A DNA stretch of 64,000 bases from Mytilus californianus (lineage: Eukaryota), in assembly GCF_021869535.1 (NCBI RefSeq), contig NW_026262679.1, positions 58,776,001 through 58,840,000 on the forward strand. Direction: 5' to 3'. A program made the position numbers and the translations under genes. The notes beneath the pieces are model-generated. The model was not told the origin of the DNA. It made no database searches and saw only the letters and a list, made by a program, of their open reading frames with translations. Positions 1 through 11,087 of the stretch are shown piece after piece (positions within the stretch are counted from its first letter, which is position 1; the number at the start of each line of letters is the position of its first letter).

Positions 1-888
1 TTTTCCTTTCGAAATCTTCGTATAGCTTTTCTGTTCCATAAGTTTCATGTTTCTGGGAACTCCTTTCCTGGTTCTTAGTAACGTGACTATATCCTACTAC
101 TTTATGAGTCAAGTTTCCCAGAGCTGTTACATCAGTGTGAAAACTGTTCTTTCTGCATGCATGTCTTGCATCTGTCATAATGTCAAGTTTATTATCACTG
201 TAAGAATTTTTATTTTTTTCCTCTTTTAAAGCATCATCAATGCTCTTGTCCCGAAGCGAAATCACCACCTGTCTTATGTTGGAAACATTTTTTCACGGAA
301 TCGTTTCTGTGGAAGTCCAATGTTAGCAAAACTACTAAATCGTTCGTATTGGGCAGGAAACATCCCAGCACAGAGATAAGAATGAATCAACTTGTAATTC
401 ACTGTAAAGTCCTGCTTCAGTGCGGAGGAGGAATGCCAGAAAATCGGAAGAGATGTGGTTTTAACTGGTTTAACAACTAGTCTGGCAACGTGTCCAATTT
501 TTGTCATTTCGGCCGGTTCAAGGGGACCATACCACTGTGATAGACGTACCAGTTCAAACAGTTTCTGTTTTGAGCAAACAAAAAGGTCTTGGTCATCCTG
601 TCCACTATTATCAATTGGTTTTATTCTTTCTTCCAGCTTTGGAGTTGAACAGTTCTGATTGTAAAAGTCCATCAAAATGTTCAAAATGTCCACATTAGAT
701 TTTACTTTCATTTTCCTCTTTAGGCCTTCATATTTTTCATCAAATGCCAACTTTTGTGAATCATTGTCAAAATTGTAGTCAATGGATTTTCGAGGTTTTC
801 TAACATATTTGTATGATTTTACTTCTCCATTTGAAAGTCTCTTTCTATTAAAATACTCCACATTTGTGATATTACTTAGTATATTCAT
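1..888 (-). pseudogene. Kolobok-like DDE transposase (5' part; runs off the window's left edge; 1-bp frameshift at ~277-280)
   Basis: ORF 274..993(-), likely ATG at 888 (MNILSNIT...), stops at 274-276. The adjacent frame continues stop-free to base 1: NIRQVVISL...LDIMTDARHACRKNSFHTDVTALGNLTHKVVGYSHVTK...SSQKHETYGTEKLYEDFERK. This resembles the first-Asp region of Kolobok-type transposases (D-x-R ... S-x-x-x-E-x-x-G). Family call is from motif recall, not a search. Confidence 0.6.
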
Positions 889-977
889 ATCGCTAGCTAT
901 CTTGGAACTTATTGTATACAGGAACAAAATACTATGTTTGATTTGAAATTGAAAGAATATAAGCGCATCAATGAGCA

Positions 978-1120
978 AACCAATCAAATTCAAAGTTTAT
1001 AAATCACATGACTTTGATAAATGATCTGGGCCAATCAGATTTGATTTCAAATTGAAAAATTAGGCGCAAAATTTAATAGACCAATCAAATTCAAACATAT
1101 AATCACATGACTTAGATAAG
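978..1120. promoter_or_regulatory. Putative bidirectional promoter with a duplicated CCAAT + CACATG module
   Basis: The motif ccaatcaaattcaaa...a(a)atcacatgactt(t/a)gataa occurs twice (~981 and 1081), with a third CCAATCA at ~1030, between the two divergent genes. Confidence 0.4.
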
Positions 1121-1139
1121 GTCAAATGTAAAAGCAAAA

Positions 1140-1952
1140 ATGGAAGAAAGTGCAAAAGCAAAGATGGAAAAAAGATGTGAAATGGTTTTGAAAGTAAATG
1201 AAGAGGAAAAGGATAAATTGATGATATTTTTGAAAGAGCACAATATGACATCATGTATTGTTGGTAAGTATATTTATTTTTTTATTCATTTACTTTATAG
1301 ATATTTCAATAAAACATTATTCTGTAAAGGTGAATATTTATTTAAATAAGATGTCATTTATCTTTTAAATTAGATTATGTTATTATATTGTTATAATCAT
1401 GTGACAAATATTAATGTAAAGAATGCATATCATAATGTTTATATGTATTTTATTATTTATGACTGCAATTTTATTTTAGAAAAGAAATCTTTAAAGAGAA
1501 AAAGGTCTAAAAAGGATGAAAGTGGAAGTACTTCTTCGAGCCAAAGAAACAATCAGGATGAAAGTAGTGACAGAGATGACAATGGTGACAATGGAGATCC
1601 AGATCCAGGCCATGGCGACCTTGAATTACGAGAAGGACAATGTCCTTATTGTTTCATCAACCCATGTGTTGCTACCTCCAACATTACTGCTCCATGGGTA
1701 GGAAATGGCCAACCACCCTCAAATGCAAACCCCCAGATACGAAAAGGGATATATAGAAGATTTTGGAAATGTATAAACAATATGTATGGGTGGTTACCTC
1801 CACAGTATTTGGATAAAAAGAAAAGAGTTGGTGGTGGTGAATGGGTTGTTATGCACCAGCGGGAAATTATGCCTGAGTGTGTTTTGGAACTTGTTAGAGA
1901 ACTTTATCCTAATCCTGTTGGAATCCAATATATGGGGCATATGTGGGAATAA
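1140..1952 (+). CDS. KolX-like / P2X7-ballast-like accessory protein, 2 exons join(1140..1263,1480..1952), ~198 aa
   Basis: Donor G|GTAAGT at 1264 and acceptor TTTTAG at 1479 join in phase 1 (GAA) and fuse ORFs 1140..1349 and 1377..1952. Contains CPYCFINPC, RKGIYRRFW and REIMPECVLELVRELYPNPVGIQYMGH, similar to the C-terminal YR-x-F...P-x-C...R...P...Y-x-G pattern of KolX. Transcribed divergently from the transposase. Confidence 0.6.
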
Positions 1953-2221
1953 CAGTAAACTGTGTTTAACTTGTGTAATTATAAATCGTCTAAAACTACA
2001 AAATATTGTGTTTTTATCAATGAAGTGAAATATGATGCTAATACATCTGAATAGTGTAAGCTACAAGGTATTTGATTTTTAATGGCTCAAGTGCATCTGG
2101 AAACCTCATTATCACTGGTGATAATTCAATGATTTGTCATTCCTCCTGGTGGAAGTTCTTTGGGTTTAATTATAGACATTTTATTAATAATGTGTCATCA
2201 AATTTAACTGAAATCGACAGT

Positions 2222-2455
2222 TGTAATGATATTGCTATATCATCTTATCGACATGTTTTCATTTATAGAGACTCCGCCTATCTTATCTTGATTGACAATA
2301 TTAACAGTTACACGTGCTTAAAGTTCATTGACTTTATCTAGATATAACACACTGGGGCTTTATATCATGAGCAGTTCTATATCATGTAGTCTTACAATAA
2401 ACATGTATTAATTATATGGATTAACTCAATGGCCTCTAACGATGGTAACATAACA
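2222..2455 (+). repeat. 5' LTR
   Basis: TGTAATGAT...GTAACATAACA, directly repeated at 6816-7049. Confidence 0.96.
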
Positions 2456-2465
2456 TGGTGTCAGA
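2456..2465 (+). promoter_or_regulatory. Primer binding site (tRNA-Leu type)
   Basis: TGGTGTCAGA immediately after the 5' LTR, complementary to the ...TCTGACACCA 3' end of metazoan tRNA-Leu. Confidence 0.8.
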
Positions 2466-2497
2466 TGTAAAAACGACTTTAAAATAGTTAATAGCAA

Positions 2498-5400
2498 ATG
2501 CTATCGTTATTGTTTGGTGCGGAAAAGATAAAAGAAAGAATGGATGGTCATTTTAAGCAACCGCCAGAAATGGATTTTTCCCATGAAGACAACCTATCCG
2601 AGAAATGGAAAAGGTGGAAACAAACAATGAACTTATACCTAGAAGTAGCTATGGGTGAAAAAACAGAAAAGGAACAGTGCAGAGCTGTCTTATATGTCAT
2701 TGGATTAGAAGGCCGAGAAATTTACAATACATTCAATTTTGGTGAAAATGAAGCTGATAAACTTGAAGTACTGCTGAAAAAATTCGAGGACTATTGCATC
2801 CCGAAGAAGAATGTTACAGTAATCAGACATCGTTTCAACACACGCGTTCAAAATTCGAGTGAAAGTATTGATCAGTTTTTAACAGACCTGAAGTTAATTG
2901 CCAAGAATTGCGAATTTGAACACTTAAAGGATGGACTCATTCGTGATCGAATAGTTTGTGGCACGAACTCTTCCAGAGTAAAAGAACGTTTACTTCGAGA
3001 GGATGGGTTGACACTGGACAAAGCTGTTGGTATTTGTCGCGCCGACGAAGAATCTAGAAAACAGATGAAAACGTTAAACGAGGAAGAACAAGTACACGCT
3101 TTGAGGAGGAAAACTCAAAATCGGAGACCCAACCGTAAAGAAGGCTACGCAAAGAAAGGTCCGAGCAGACGAGATCATGAGAAGCGAGAGTCGAATTCGA
3201 GTTTCAGTTGTGGAAAGTGCGGAACAACTCACGAGAGAAGAAACTGTCCCGCATACGGTAAAAGGTGCCATAAATGCAAAAAGCCGAATCACTATCAGAA
3301 GTTTTGTAAATCAAAGTTTTCGAAAAGTGTTCACGGATTAGATGAATATTCTTCATGCGAATCGGACGGAGAAAATTACTTCGTAGGAGCAGTAAACAGA
3401 AAAACGGAAATCAAAGAAAATGCTTGCTTTTCATCATTCAAATTGCAAGGTAAGACAGTACAATTTAAAATCGATACTGGTGCTCAAGTCAACATCTTAC
3501 CGCTTTCAATTTACAAAAAATTGTCAAACGTCAAATTAAGCAAAACTTCCACTACTCTTACTAGCTATTCAGGAGATAAACTCAAAGTTATAGGAAAATG
3601 TTCGTTGCATTTAAAAGACAAAAACTGTGAATTCTTTGTGACGGACACAAATCAATCTCCGCTATTAGGATTCAAGGCATCAAATGAGTTAGGTCTAATT
3701 CATGTTATCATGACGGTACAAACAGACGTTGACGATCCTGTCAAATCGTTTCCGAAAGTCTTTACAGGCTTAGGATGTCTAGAAAAACCGTACCATATTA
3801 AAATAGACTCAAGCGTCAATCCTGTAATAAACCCGCCGAGAAAGATACCAGCCGCGCTTCGAGAAAAGCTTAAAGGTACATTAAAAGAAATGGAAGACAA
3901 AGAAGTAATCCGAAAGGTCGATGAACCGACAGACTGGGTGAATTCGTTGGTTGTTGTACAAAAGCCGAAAACAGGAAAGTTGAGGATTTGTTTAGATCCA
4001 AGAAATTTGAATAAAGCGATAAAAAGAGAACATTTTGCGCTACCAACAATAGAGGACATAACCACACGACTGACAGGTGCTAAGTATTTGAGTAAACTAG
4101 ATTGTAATAATGGATATTGGCAGTTACGCATGGATAAAGAGAGCCAACTCCTTACTACGTTTAACTCTCCATTCGGGAGGTACTGCTTCTTGCGAATGCC
4201 TTTTGGAATTAAATCGGCTCAAGAAGTCTTTCAAAAACGAGTGTCACAATTGTTTGAAAACTTAAAAGGAGTTGAAACTGATATCGACGACATTCTAGTG
4301 TGGGGAACAACGCGAAAGGAACACGATGATAGACTTCGCTCAGTTCTTAACAGATGTCAAGAGGTTGGACTAACGTTAAATGCCGACAAATGCAAGTTTC
4401 GAGTCAAAGAGGTGACGTACATAGGACACACTCTAAGCGCAGATGGAGTAAGACCCGATCAGGAAAAAATACGAGCTATCAAAGAAATGCCGGCTCCAAC
4501 AGACAAAAAAGGGGTACAACGACTACTAGGGACAATTAATTACTTGGCAAAGTTTGTTCCGAACATGTCAGCAGTTACAGAGCCTATCAGAAAGCTATTG
4601 AAAGAAGAACACGAATTCATTTGGACACATGAACAGCAACAAGCATTTGAGAAATTGAAAGACATTATAACAAAGAATCCAGTATTAAGTTTCTACGATG
4701 TGTCAAAACCAGTAACTGTAAGTTGTGATGCATCCCAATGCGGTCTTGGGGCAATGTTGATACAAGACAATAAACCTGTTGCATATGCATCAAGATCATT
4801 GACAGATGCCGAAAGCAGATATGCCAACATAGAAAGAGAATTGCTTGGTGTGCTATTTGGATTGGAAAGATTTAATGATTATACGTATGGTAAACACATA
4901 AATGTTGAATCTGACCACAAACCGTTAGAGATGATCGTGAGAAAATCTCTAGGGTGTGCTCCGCCACGACTACAGAGGATGTTATTGAGGTTACAAAAAT
5001 ACGATTTCTCACTGAAGTATATACCAGGGAAAGATTTAATAGTTCCAGACATGTTATCGCGAGCGCCGATAAAGATCAACACAAATAATGAAGTGGAAAA
5101 TGATATAGAGTGTTTCGTGAACATGGTCATAACAAATACATCAATGTCTGATAGAAATCTAGAACAAATAACGGAAGAAACTTCAAAGGATGGTACTTTA
5201 CAAACACTGACCAGGCTAATAATAGACGGTTGGCCAGATGATAAAAATGAGGTTCCAAAGGAGGTTTTTGAATACTGGAATTTCCGCGATGAATTATCCA
5301 ACGTAAATGGAATTATTCTAAAAGGAGAAAAAATAATTATTCCAGCGAGTATGAGAAAGAATATGCTCAACAAACTACACGAAGGACATTTGGGAATAGA

Positions 5401-6427
5401 AAAAACCCGAAAATTAGCAAGAGACTCTATATTTTGGCCAGGAATCAATGCACAGATTACTGACTTTATTTCTAAATGTAGTGTGTGCTTAGAAAGCAGA
5501 AGATCAAACACAAAAGAGCCAATGGCAGAAAGTGAAACTCCAGAACTACCGTGGATGACAGTTGGTACTGATATTTTTTATTGGAACAATAACAATTACC
5601 TAATCATTGTCGATTATTACTCAAGATATTTTGAAATTGCGAAATTAGAGAACATACGTGCGTCATGCGTTATAACACACATGAAATCCGTTTTTGCGAG
5701 ACACGGCATACCGTCAAAAGTCCGAAGTGATTCAGGATCACAATACGTATCAGCTGAATTTCGACAATTTGCAGAATCATGGGGATTCACACACACAGTG
5801 TCTAGTCCACACTATCAACAATCCAATGGACTAGCCGAAAGATTCGTTCAAAGCGTCAAGAAAATGCTAAGCAAATCTAAACAGGACGGAAAAGATCCGT
5901 ATATTGCTATGTTAAAATACAGAAATACGCCGTTGGAAAATCTTGACTCACCAGCTCAACTCTTAATGAATAGAAGACTGAGGACAACTATTCCAACAAT
6001 AAAGAACCGTTTGAAACCAAAATGCGGTAATTTGAAGAACACGCAAAGGAAAATGAAACAGCAAAAAATAAATCAAAAACAATGTTACGATAAAAGTTCA
6101 AAACCATTACCGGAACTACAACCTAATGACACTATACGATTCCAGCACAATCCTAAAGGAAAATGGGACCAAGGAACTGTCGTAAGAAATAATAACACTC
6201 CGAACTCATATGTCATTGAAACACCAGAAGGACAAATTTTCAAACGAAACAGAAAACATTTATTGAAAACAAAAGAAGACAAAATCGAACAAACATCTCA
6301 AGAAGCAAATGAAAACAATCACAACGATTTTGACAATATAAATGATGAACAATCTTTAGAACCATCGTTTGTTAGAAGAAGTGAGAGATCCGTCAAAAAA
6401 CCTACTCGACTAATAGAGGAGTGTTAA
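2498..6427 (+). CDS. gag-pol: Gag-Pol polyprotein (gag, 2 Zn knuckles, PR, RT, RNase H, IN), 1309 aa
   Basis: CGKCGTTHERRNC and CHKCKKPNHYQKFC; IDTGA protease; LRICLDPRNLN, KLDCNNGYWQ and TDIDDIL in RT; CDASQCGLG and SDHKPL in RNase H; HEGHLG..C..C, GTDIF, SDSGSQY and SNGLAER in integrase. The order PR-RT-RH-IN is Gypsy-type. Confidence 0.96.
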   Translation: MLSLLFGAEKIKERMDGHFKQPPEMDFSHEDNLSEKWKRWKQTMNLYLEVAMGEKTEKEQCRAVLYVIGLEGREIYNTFNFGENEADKLEVLLKKFEDYCIPKKNVTVIRHRFNTRVQNSSESIDQFLTDLKLIAKNCEFEHLKDGLIRDRIVCGTNSSRVKERLLREDGLTLDKAVGICRADEESRKQMKTLNEEEQVHALRRKTQNRRPNRKEGYAKKGPSRRDHEKRESNSSFSCGKCGTTHERRNCPAYGKRCHKCKKPNHYQKFCKSKFSKSVHGLDEYSSCESDGENYFVGAVNRKTEIKENACFSSFKLQGKTVQFKIDTGAQVNILPLSIYKKLSNVKLSKTSTTLTSYSGDKLKVIGKCSLHLKDKNCEFFVTDTNQSPLLGFKASNELGLIHVIMTVQTDVDDPVKSFPKVFTGLGCLEKPYHIKIDSSVNPVINPPRKIPAALREKLKGTLKEMEDKEVIRKVDEPTDWVNSLVVVQKPKTGKLRICLDPRNLNKAIKREHFALPTIEDITTRLTGAKYLSKLDCNNGYWQLRMDKESQLLTTFNSPFGRYCFLRMPFGIKSAQEVFQKRVSQLFENLKGVETDIDDILVWGTTRKEHDDRLRSVLNRCQEVGLTLNADKCKFRVKEVTYIGHTLSADGVRPDQEKIRAIKEMPAPTDKKGVQRLLGTINYLAKFVPNMSAVTEPIRKLLKEEHEFIWTHEQQQAFEKLKDIITKNPVLSFYDVSKPVTVSCDASQCGLGAMLIQDNKPVAYASRSLTDAESRYANIERELLGVLFGLERFNDYTYGKHINVESDHKPLEMIVRKSLGCAPPRLQRMLLRLQKYDFSLKYIPGKDLIVPDMLSRAPIKINTNNEVENDIECFVNMVITNTSMSDRNLEQITEETSKDGTLQTLTRLIIDGWPDDKNEVPKEVFEYWNFRDELSNVNGIILKGEKIIIPASMRKNMLNKLHEGHLGIEKTRKLARDSIFWPGINAQITDFISKCSVCLESRRSNTKEPMAESETPELPWMTVGTDIFYWNNNNYLIIVDYYSRYFEIAKLENIRASCVITHMKSVFARHGIPSKVRSDSGSQYVSAEFRQFAESWGFTHTVSSPHYQQSNGLAERFVQSVKKMLSKSKQDGKDPYIAMLKYRNTPLENLDSPAQLLMNRRLRTTIPTIKNRLKPKCGNLKNTQRKMKQQKINQKQCYDKSSKPLPELQPNDTIRFQHNPKGKWDQGTVVRNNNTPNSYVIETPEGQIFKRNRKHLLKTKEDKIEQTSQEANENNHNDFDNINDEQSLEPSFVRRSERSVKKPTRLIEEC

Positions 6428-6804
6428 ATTCAAAAGGAAATCTGAGTAGTGCCGTAAGGGACAGAATAATGCCCTTGCTCAGATTTTGCGAGTAGGAAAA
6501 GGCAGGATAGTCTATCCTGGCCTTACGTTTGTACGAAATTATTTAAATAGATAATCACAATTTATTAAAACTTGTCCGTCAAAATTATTTAATTTAGTAT
6601 ACGTTTTCTATTCATTGGCGAAAACATTTTATCTATTTTCTTTATTGATCAACATGTGATTTTCTAAAGTAATTTCGTATGATCGTTAAATTTAATGCTT
6701 GTCTGTAAATATTTATCGTAGTTAATTAGATTCAACATACAACACAAACTGGCTAGACTTTCAATGTGACTTAATGAACTGTGTTAAATTTAATTGCTTG
6801 TCTC

Positions 6805-6814
6805 AAGAGGGGGG
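6805..6814 (+). promoter_or_regulatory. Polypurine tract
   Basis: AAGAGGGGGG, 1 nt upstream of the 3' LTR. Confidence 0.9.
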
Positions 6815-6815
6815 T

Positions 6816-7049
6816 TGTAATGATATTGCTATATCATCTTATCGATCTGTTTTCATTTATAGAGACTCCGCCTATCTTATCTTGATTGACAATATAAACA
6901 GTTACACGTGCTTAAAGTTCATTGACTTTATCTAGATATAACACACTGGGGCTTTATATCATGAGCAGTTCTATATCATGTAGTCTTACAATAAACATGT
7001 ATTAATTATATGGATTAACTCAATGGCCTCTAACGATGGTAACATAACA
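6816..7049 (+). repeat. 3' LTR
   Basis: 231/234 identical to the 5' LTR by eye alignment; preceded by the PPT. Confidence 0.96.
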
Positions 7050-7989
7050 ACAGTATCCGTGAGAAGCCAGTATTTATCAAGAATATTTAAATCACTGGAC
7101 TATGTGTATGATCGATTTTGATTTTTTAACAAAACATCACAATGGTTGAAAAAGTCTGTCATATCTCCGAAATTTCGCGTCTTTAATAAACAATATTGCA
7201 GTTATATATTTCATTTACGTCCTTGATGAAATTTCACTAGTATCCTAGTACCAAAATATATAAGTTATCTCATGTGATAATTAAAAGTATAAACAACTAG
7301 CGGGTATATCTTGACCTAGATGGGTTATTTTGTTTTATAAAATACACACAGAAAACTTGAAATTTGATTCAAAACACTAGTAAAACTTTGAAATGATGAA
7401 GTTTAGGATATAGAAATGAGCTCCAACAGCTATAATAGCTGTGAGAACTTGCTCTTTTAATAAACGTTGTCAGGTTGGTTTTGGAAAAGGGTGTTCAAGT
7501 AAAAGTAACGGCTCTGCTGACTTGATACATTGTTATTGTTTAAAACAAGTGTGGATACATATCAGTGTTTAATTGTTTGATAAGTGTTAGTATGTTTAAC
7601 ATTATTTCCTCCACTGAGTTTGCATTGGTTGTGCATTCACCAGTTGTTTTCTGAGCTTTTTCTATTATAGGGTTCTTAGTTAATCTGTGTTCTACGTTGA
7701 AAGACATCTTGGATTTTAGATAAGTAGCACAAACTCTTTCGTACCCTATTTTTGCAAGGGAGGAAACCCCAACACAACTTTCTTATTTGACGTAAAAGAT
7801 ATACTAATAAATGTCTGATTTATTTGTAAAGTATACAAATAAAATTCTTTTGGAAACTCTTCTAATAAAATGGTGTCTCGAAAGTTACTGTTTACATCAC
7901 AGTTCATGTTTTGGTCCTCTTTGTGAATGAAGTTTAAGCCATTTCAATTTTCTTTAACATATATGGTTGGGAATTTAAAAAAAACCTAG

Positions 7990-8690
7990 AGGTACTGTGA
8001 GCAAAGCTCCAAAATTATTCGGATCAAAACAAATTGGGAGGTGCACAGTAGCATAATATTGTAAGAATTGTGAGGAAGTTTCAATAAAGTGTATAATAAG
8101 TTTAGGGGGAGTTGTGGATATAAAATCATACGTCCCAAATAATGCAAAGGCAAAGTTCATGTAATGGAAACCCCCAAATTATTCGGATAAAAAAATAGAA
8201 TGTGCACAATAGCATTATATGGTTGATATTTTGAGAAGGTCCATGCTTTGGTAAGGGAAACCCAAAAATTATTATGATAAAAAAGGAACATAGTAGGTGC
8301 ACAATGGCAATATGTCATGACGATTCGTGAAAGTTAAAATCAATTTTACTGTTTTATGAGGTGTTTCGGATAGGGGATTTATTAACCATAATTTGAAAGG
8401 GCAAAGTCTTTAATCTTAGATGAAAAAACCCTAGAAATCAATCTGATCATAAAGTAAAACATGAGGTGCACAATGTCATAAAGAATTCGTGAAAGATATA
8501 TTTTGATAGCTCGCACTAGTTTAATAATAGTTGCAGATAGGGGATGTTCACACCCTATAATATAAACTTGAAAAGTCCATGTTTTTGTATGGGAAACCCC
8601 AGAAATCATTCTGGTCAAACAGTAAAATAGGAGATGCACATGCATATAACGTAATAAAGATTATGTGAAAGTTTTGTTGAAATTTATTCT
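7990..8690 (+). repeat. Degenerate tandem array (~5 units of ~130-170 bp)
   Basis: Recurrent ccc(a)aaa(t)tattcgga...gaggtgcaca...gtgaaagtt motif at ~8010, 8172, 8260, 8428 and 8598. Confidence 0.5.
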
Positions 8691-8954
8691 TTAGTATAGA
8701 AGAAATTGGTCCGGAAGGACGAACATTCGGACCGACACACCCCAACTTCGTTAAACGGAGGTAGTAAAAACATTTAAGTTGAATTTGACTTGCAGATTCT
8801 ATTAAATACAATATTTAATTTAATTCGTACATAGTAGGAAAATGTAATCAGTTATACTTGTACTCTCTAAGAAAGAGGAGAACAGCTCGACAAACCTCAC
8901 TTTTTTCCTATTTCTTGAGCTTGAAAAATAAATTTGATATCGTTCTACGTTAAA

Positions 8955-10906
8955 CGAATAATGTCCAAGACACAATGTAGTTTCGATACGACGACATCGA
9001 CATCGACGATATCGTATTGATATCAATATGAAAATTTTACTATATGAGTCACAGCAAACACAAACATCGGCCGTCGATATCGATTCGATGTTGTCAGCCA
9101 AATTTTATACTTGGCACGTTTCTTATGGTTAAACTGTTTAAGTTGTTGATTTTTACGATATGGCCTATATCGATTAGATATCGACAATTTATGTTCCAAA
9201 TGTTTATCTGATACAGTTGTCCTTAAAGACAATTTAGTTCTCCATGTTTATCTGTTTGAGATGATCGACATTTACAAAATTTCTTCATGTGGTTCTCTGT
9301 TCATTTCATATAGTTTAGTCTATGTTCTACATTAAATTTTGCAAATAGCAATTTAAAGAATAAGGATATTTTGTACGATTTCCAATGAGACCTTTAAAAG
9401 TTTACTCGACTAATTTGTCCTTTTAGTTCGTTTAAACTATATGCATCCGATATAGTTGTCGATATCGACGATATCGACAAAAAATGTTCCAAATGTCTAT
9501 ATGCTTCAGTAATCTATATTGAAAATTTAGTTTCTCCTTGTTCGTCTGTTTAAGATGTTGATTTTGACGATATCGACGATATCAATTCCATATCAACATT
9601 CAAAAATTTTCTTTATACCATGTCAACGTTATACAACTAATGAAAGTTTTTTGAAAGATACAGCAATTTGCAGAGGTGTCCACTTGATTGCATTGTATGA
9701 ATACAATAAAAGATTTACTTGATTACAATTTCAGCCATCATCTCACCCTATATCAGTCTTTATCTGATTGGGTCCCATTAATATATCCTCCTGAAGATTT
9801 TAAGAAACCACAGATGCAGCTTCATCGGCATCATGTTTTGCCATTTACCTCGAATTTGACAACAGCGGTCATCTCAGTACCAGAATTTATGACAAACGAG
9901 ACGATTTCAATTTTTAAATTATAAATAAAAAAAATAAATTTTCCTCACCTTAGCAGCAATATACCAACTTCACCCGCGTATGGAGTATACATTTTTCAAC
10001 TCATACTATACTCAAGAGCTTGCAGCTGCTACTCAGACTTTGTAAAACGTCATCGGTGTCCGAGCAAAAAAATTAATGAGCCAGGTTTTTGTCAAAGAAC
10101 GTCTCGTCCTTTTTCTTAAAAAGTTCATCGGAAAGTACGAAGACCTAATACTAGTAGATAAATATTCAGTGTCTTCATCAAAAATAATACAAGATGGTCT
10201 TGAGTTATAGATTCTAGGTGCTAAAGTTGTGTATCTTTTTATTTTACTTTAGTTTCCCAGTTATTTGTTCCATGCTATTATGTTTCTTTTGGTCGTATGA
10301 CTTTTGACATGACTCGGTATTTATACATCCGTCCATCGGGTTTTTTACTTTTTAACTCTGGGCATTCCTGGTGCAGGTGGGTCCTAAGGTGCAATTCGGA
10401 CACAAACGGTTTTTAAAATGTTTTTTTTTTCTATTCTGTTTACCCTTGTATTTATATTTACTTATTTTTTACTTTATCGAGAAAGTGTATATACTATATA
10501 CGGTATATGTACTATCATCGAAAACATTATTTTTGTTGACGTCATTGTCAAATTAAAAATTTACTATCTATTACACCTTTTTTGGTTGGCGTCTTTGTTA
10601 ATTTAATTTGTATGTTTGTTTGAATTTTTCAGTCAGTTGTGTTATATGCCTATGCTGTATGTTTGAACAGTTTTGGCTGCTGGATCCATCGGTCTTGATT
10701 TGATCAGCTTGATATGTCTTATTTTTATTTGATATCTTAAGTCATAGAGTCGATATTGAGTCAAAATTGTTGATATCGACGATATCGACATCAGGTTTTG
10801 TAATTGTAGCCGTCATCAAAATCGACATGGTTATGTCAGTGATATCGTGTCGACATTTTCGATTTTGACGATATCGACATCTAGATTACTCTTGGACATG
10901 TATTCG
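8955..10906. mobile_element. Non-autonomous TIR element with GATATCGAC subterminal repeats, containing a Penelope-like fragment
   Basis: Imperfect inverted ends cgaata(c)atgtccaaga... at 8955 and 10906; many gatatcgac(gatatcg) motifs near both ends; no clear TSD. Confidence 0.5.
9700..10200 (+). pseudogene. Penelope-like retroelement RT C-terminal fragment
   Basis: Frameshifted translation gives ...PLIYPPE..KETTD..SAS..IYLEFDNSGHLSTRIYDKRDDFNF...FPHLSSNIPTSPAYGVYI.QLI.YSRACSCYSDFVKRH... Confidence 0.75.
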
Positions 10907-11087
10907 AACATTGCGGGAAAAGAATCACAGAGTAAATTCCGATTTAACATAAAAATTGCTGTCGAACATCTAAGGAATATTTAATATTAACACATTGGAA
11001 TATTTTGGTAATGCACTATTGATTTATTTGCATAACTTTAATTCACTTTCAGTTTTTTAATGTTTTACTTTCATCATCTTTATATAG

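Larger units (their letters stand above)
2222..7049 (+). mobile_element. Full-length Ty3/Gypsy LTR retrotransposon (Mag-like)
   Basis: Two 234-bp TG...CA LTRs (2222-2455, 6816-7049) with 3 mismatches. 5-bp TSD ACAGT (2217-2221, 7050-7054). PBS and PPT present. Intact gag-pol ORF. Confidence 0.97.
1..7456 (-). mobile_element. Kolobok-like DNA transposon (left end outside the window), interrupted by a Gypsy element
   Basis: Divergent transposase and KolX-like gene. Candidate terminus ...GAGAACTTGCTCTT|TTAA (TTAA at 7457-7460) fits the Kolobok RR..YY/TTAA rule. Subterminal palindrome ACAGCTAT-A-ATAGCTGT at 7426-7442. The matching TIR cannot be seen in this window. Confidence 0.5.

Noticed and set aside
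3074-6282. Minus-strand ORFs inside the Gypsy pol (3074..3292, 3700..4131, 4879..5511, 6085..6282)
   Set aside because: Antisense shadows of the long gag-pol ORF with no recognisable motifs.
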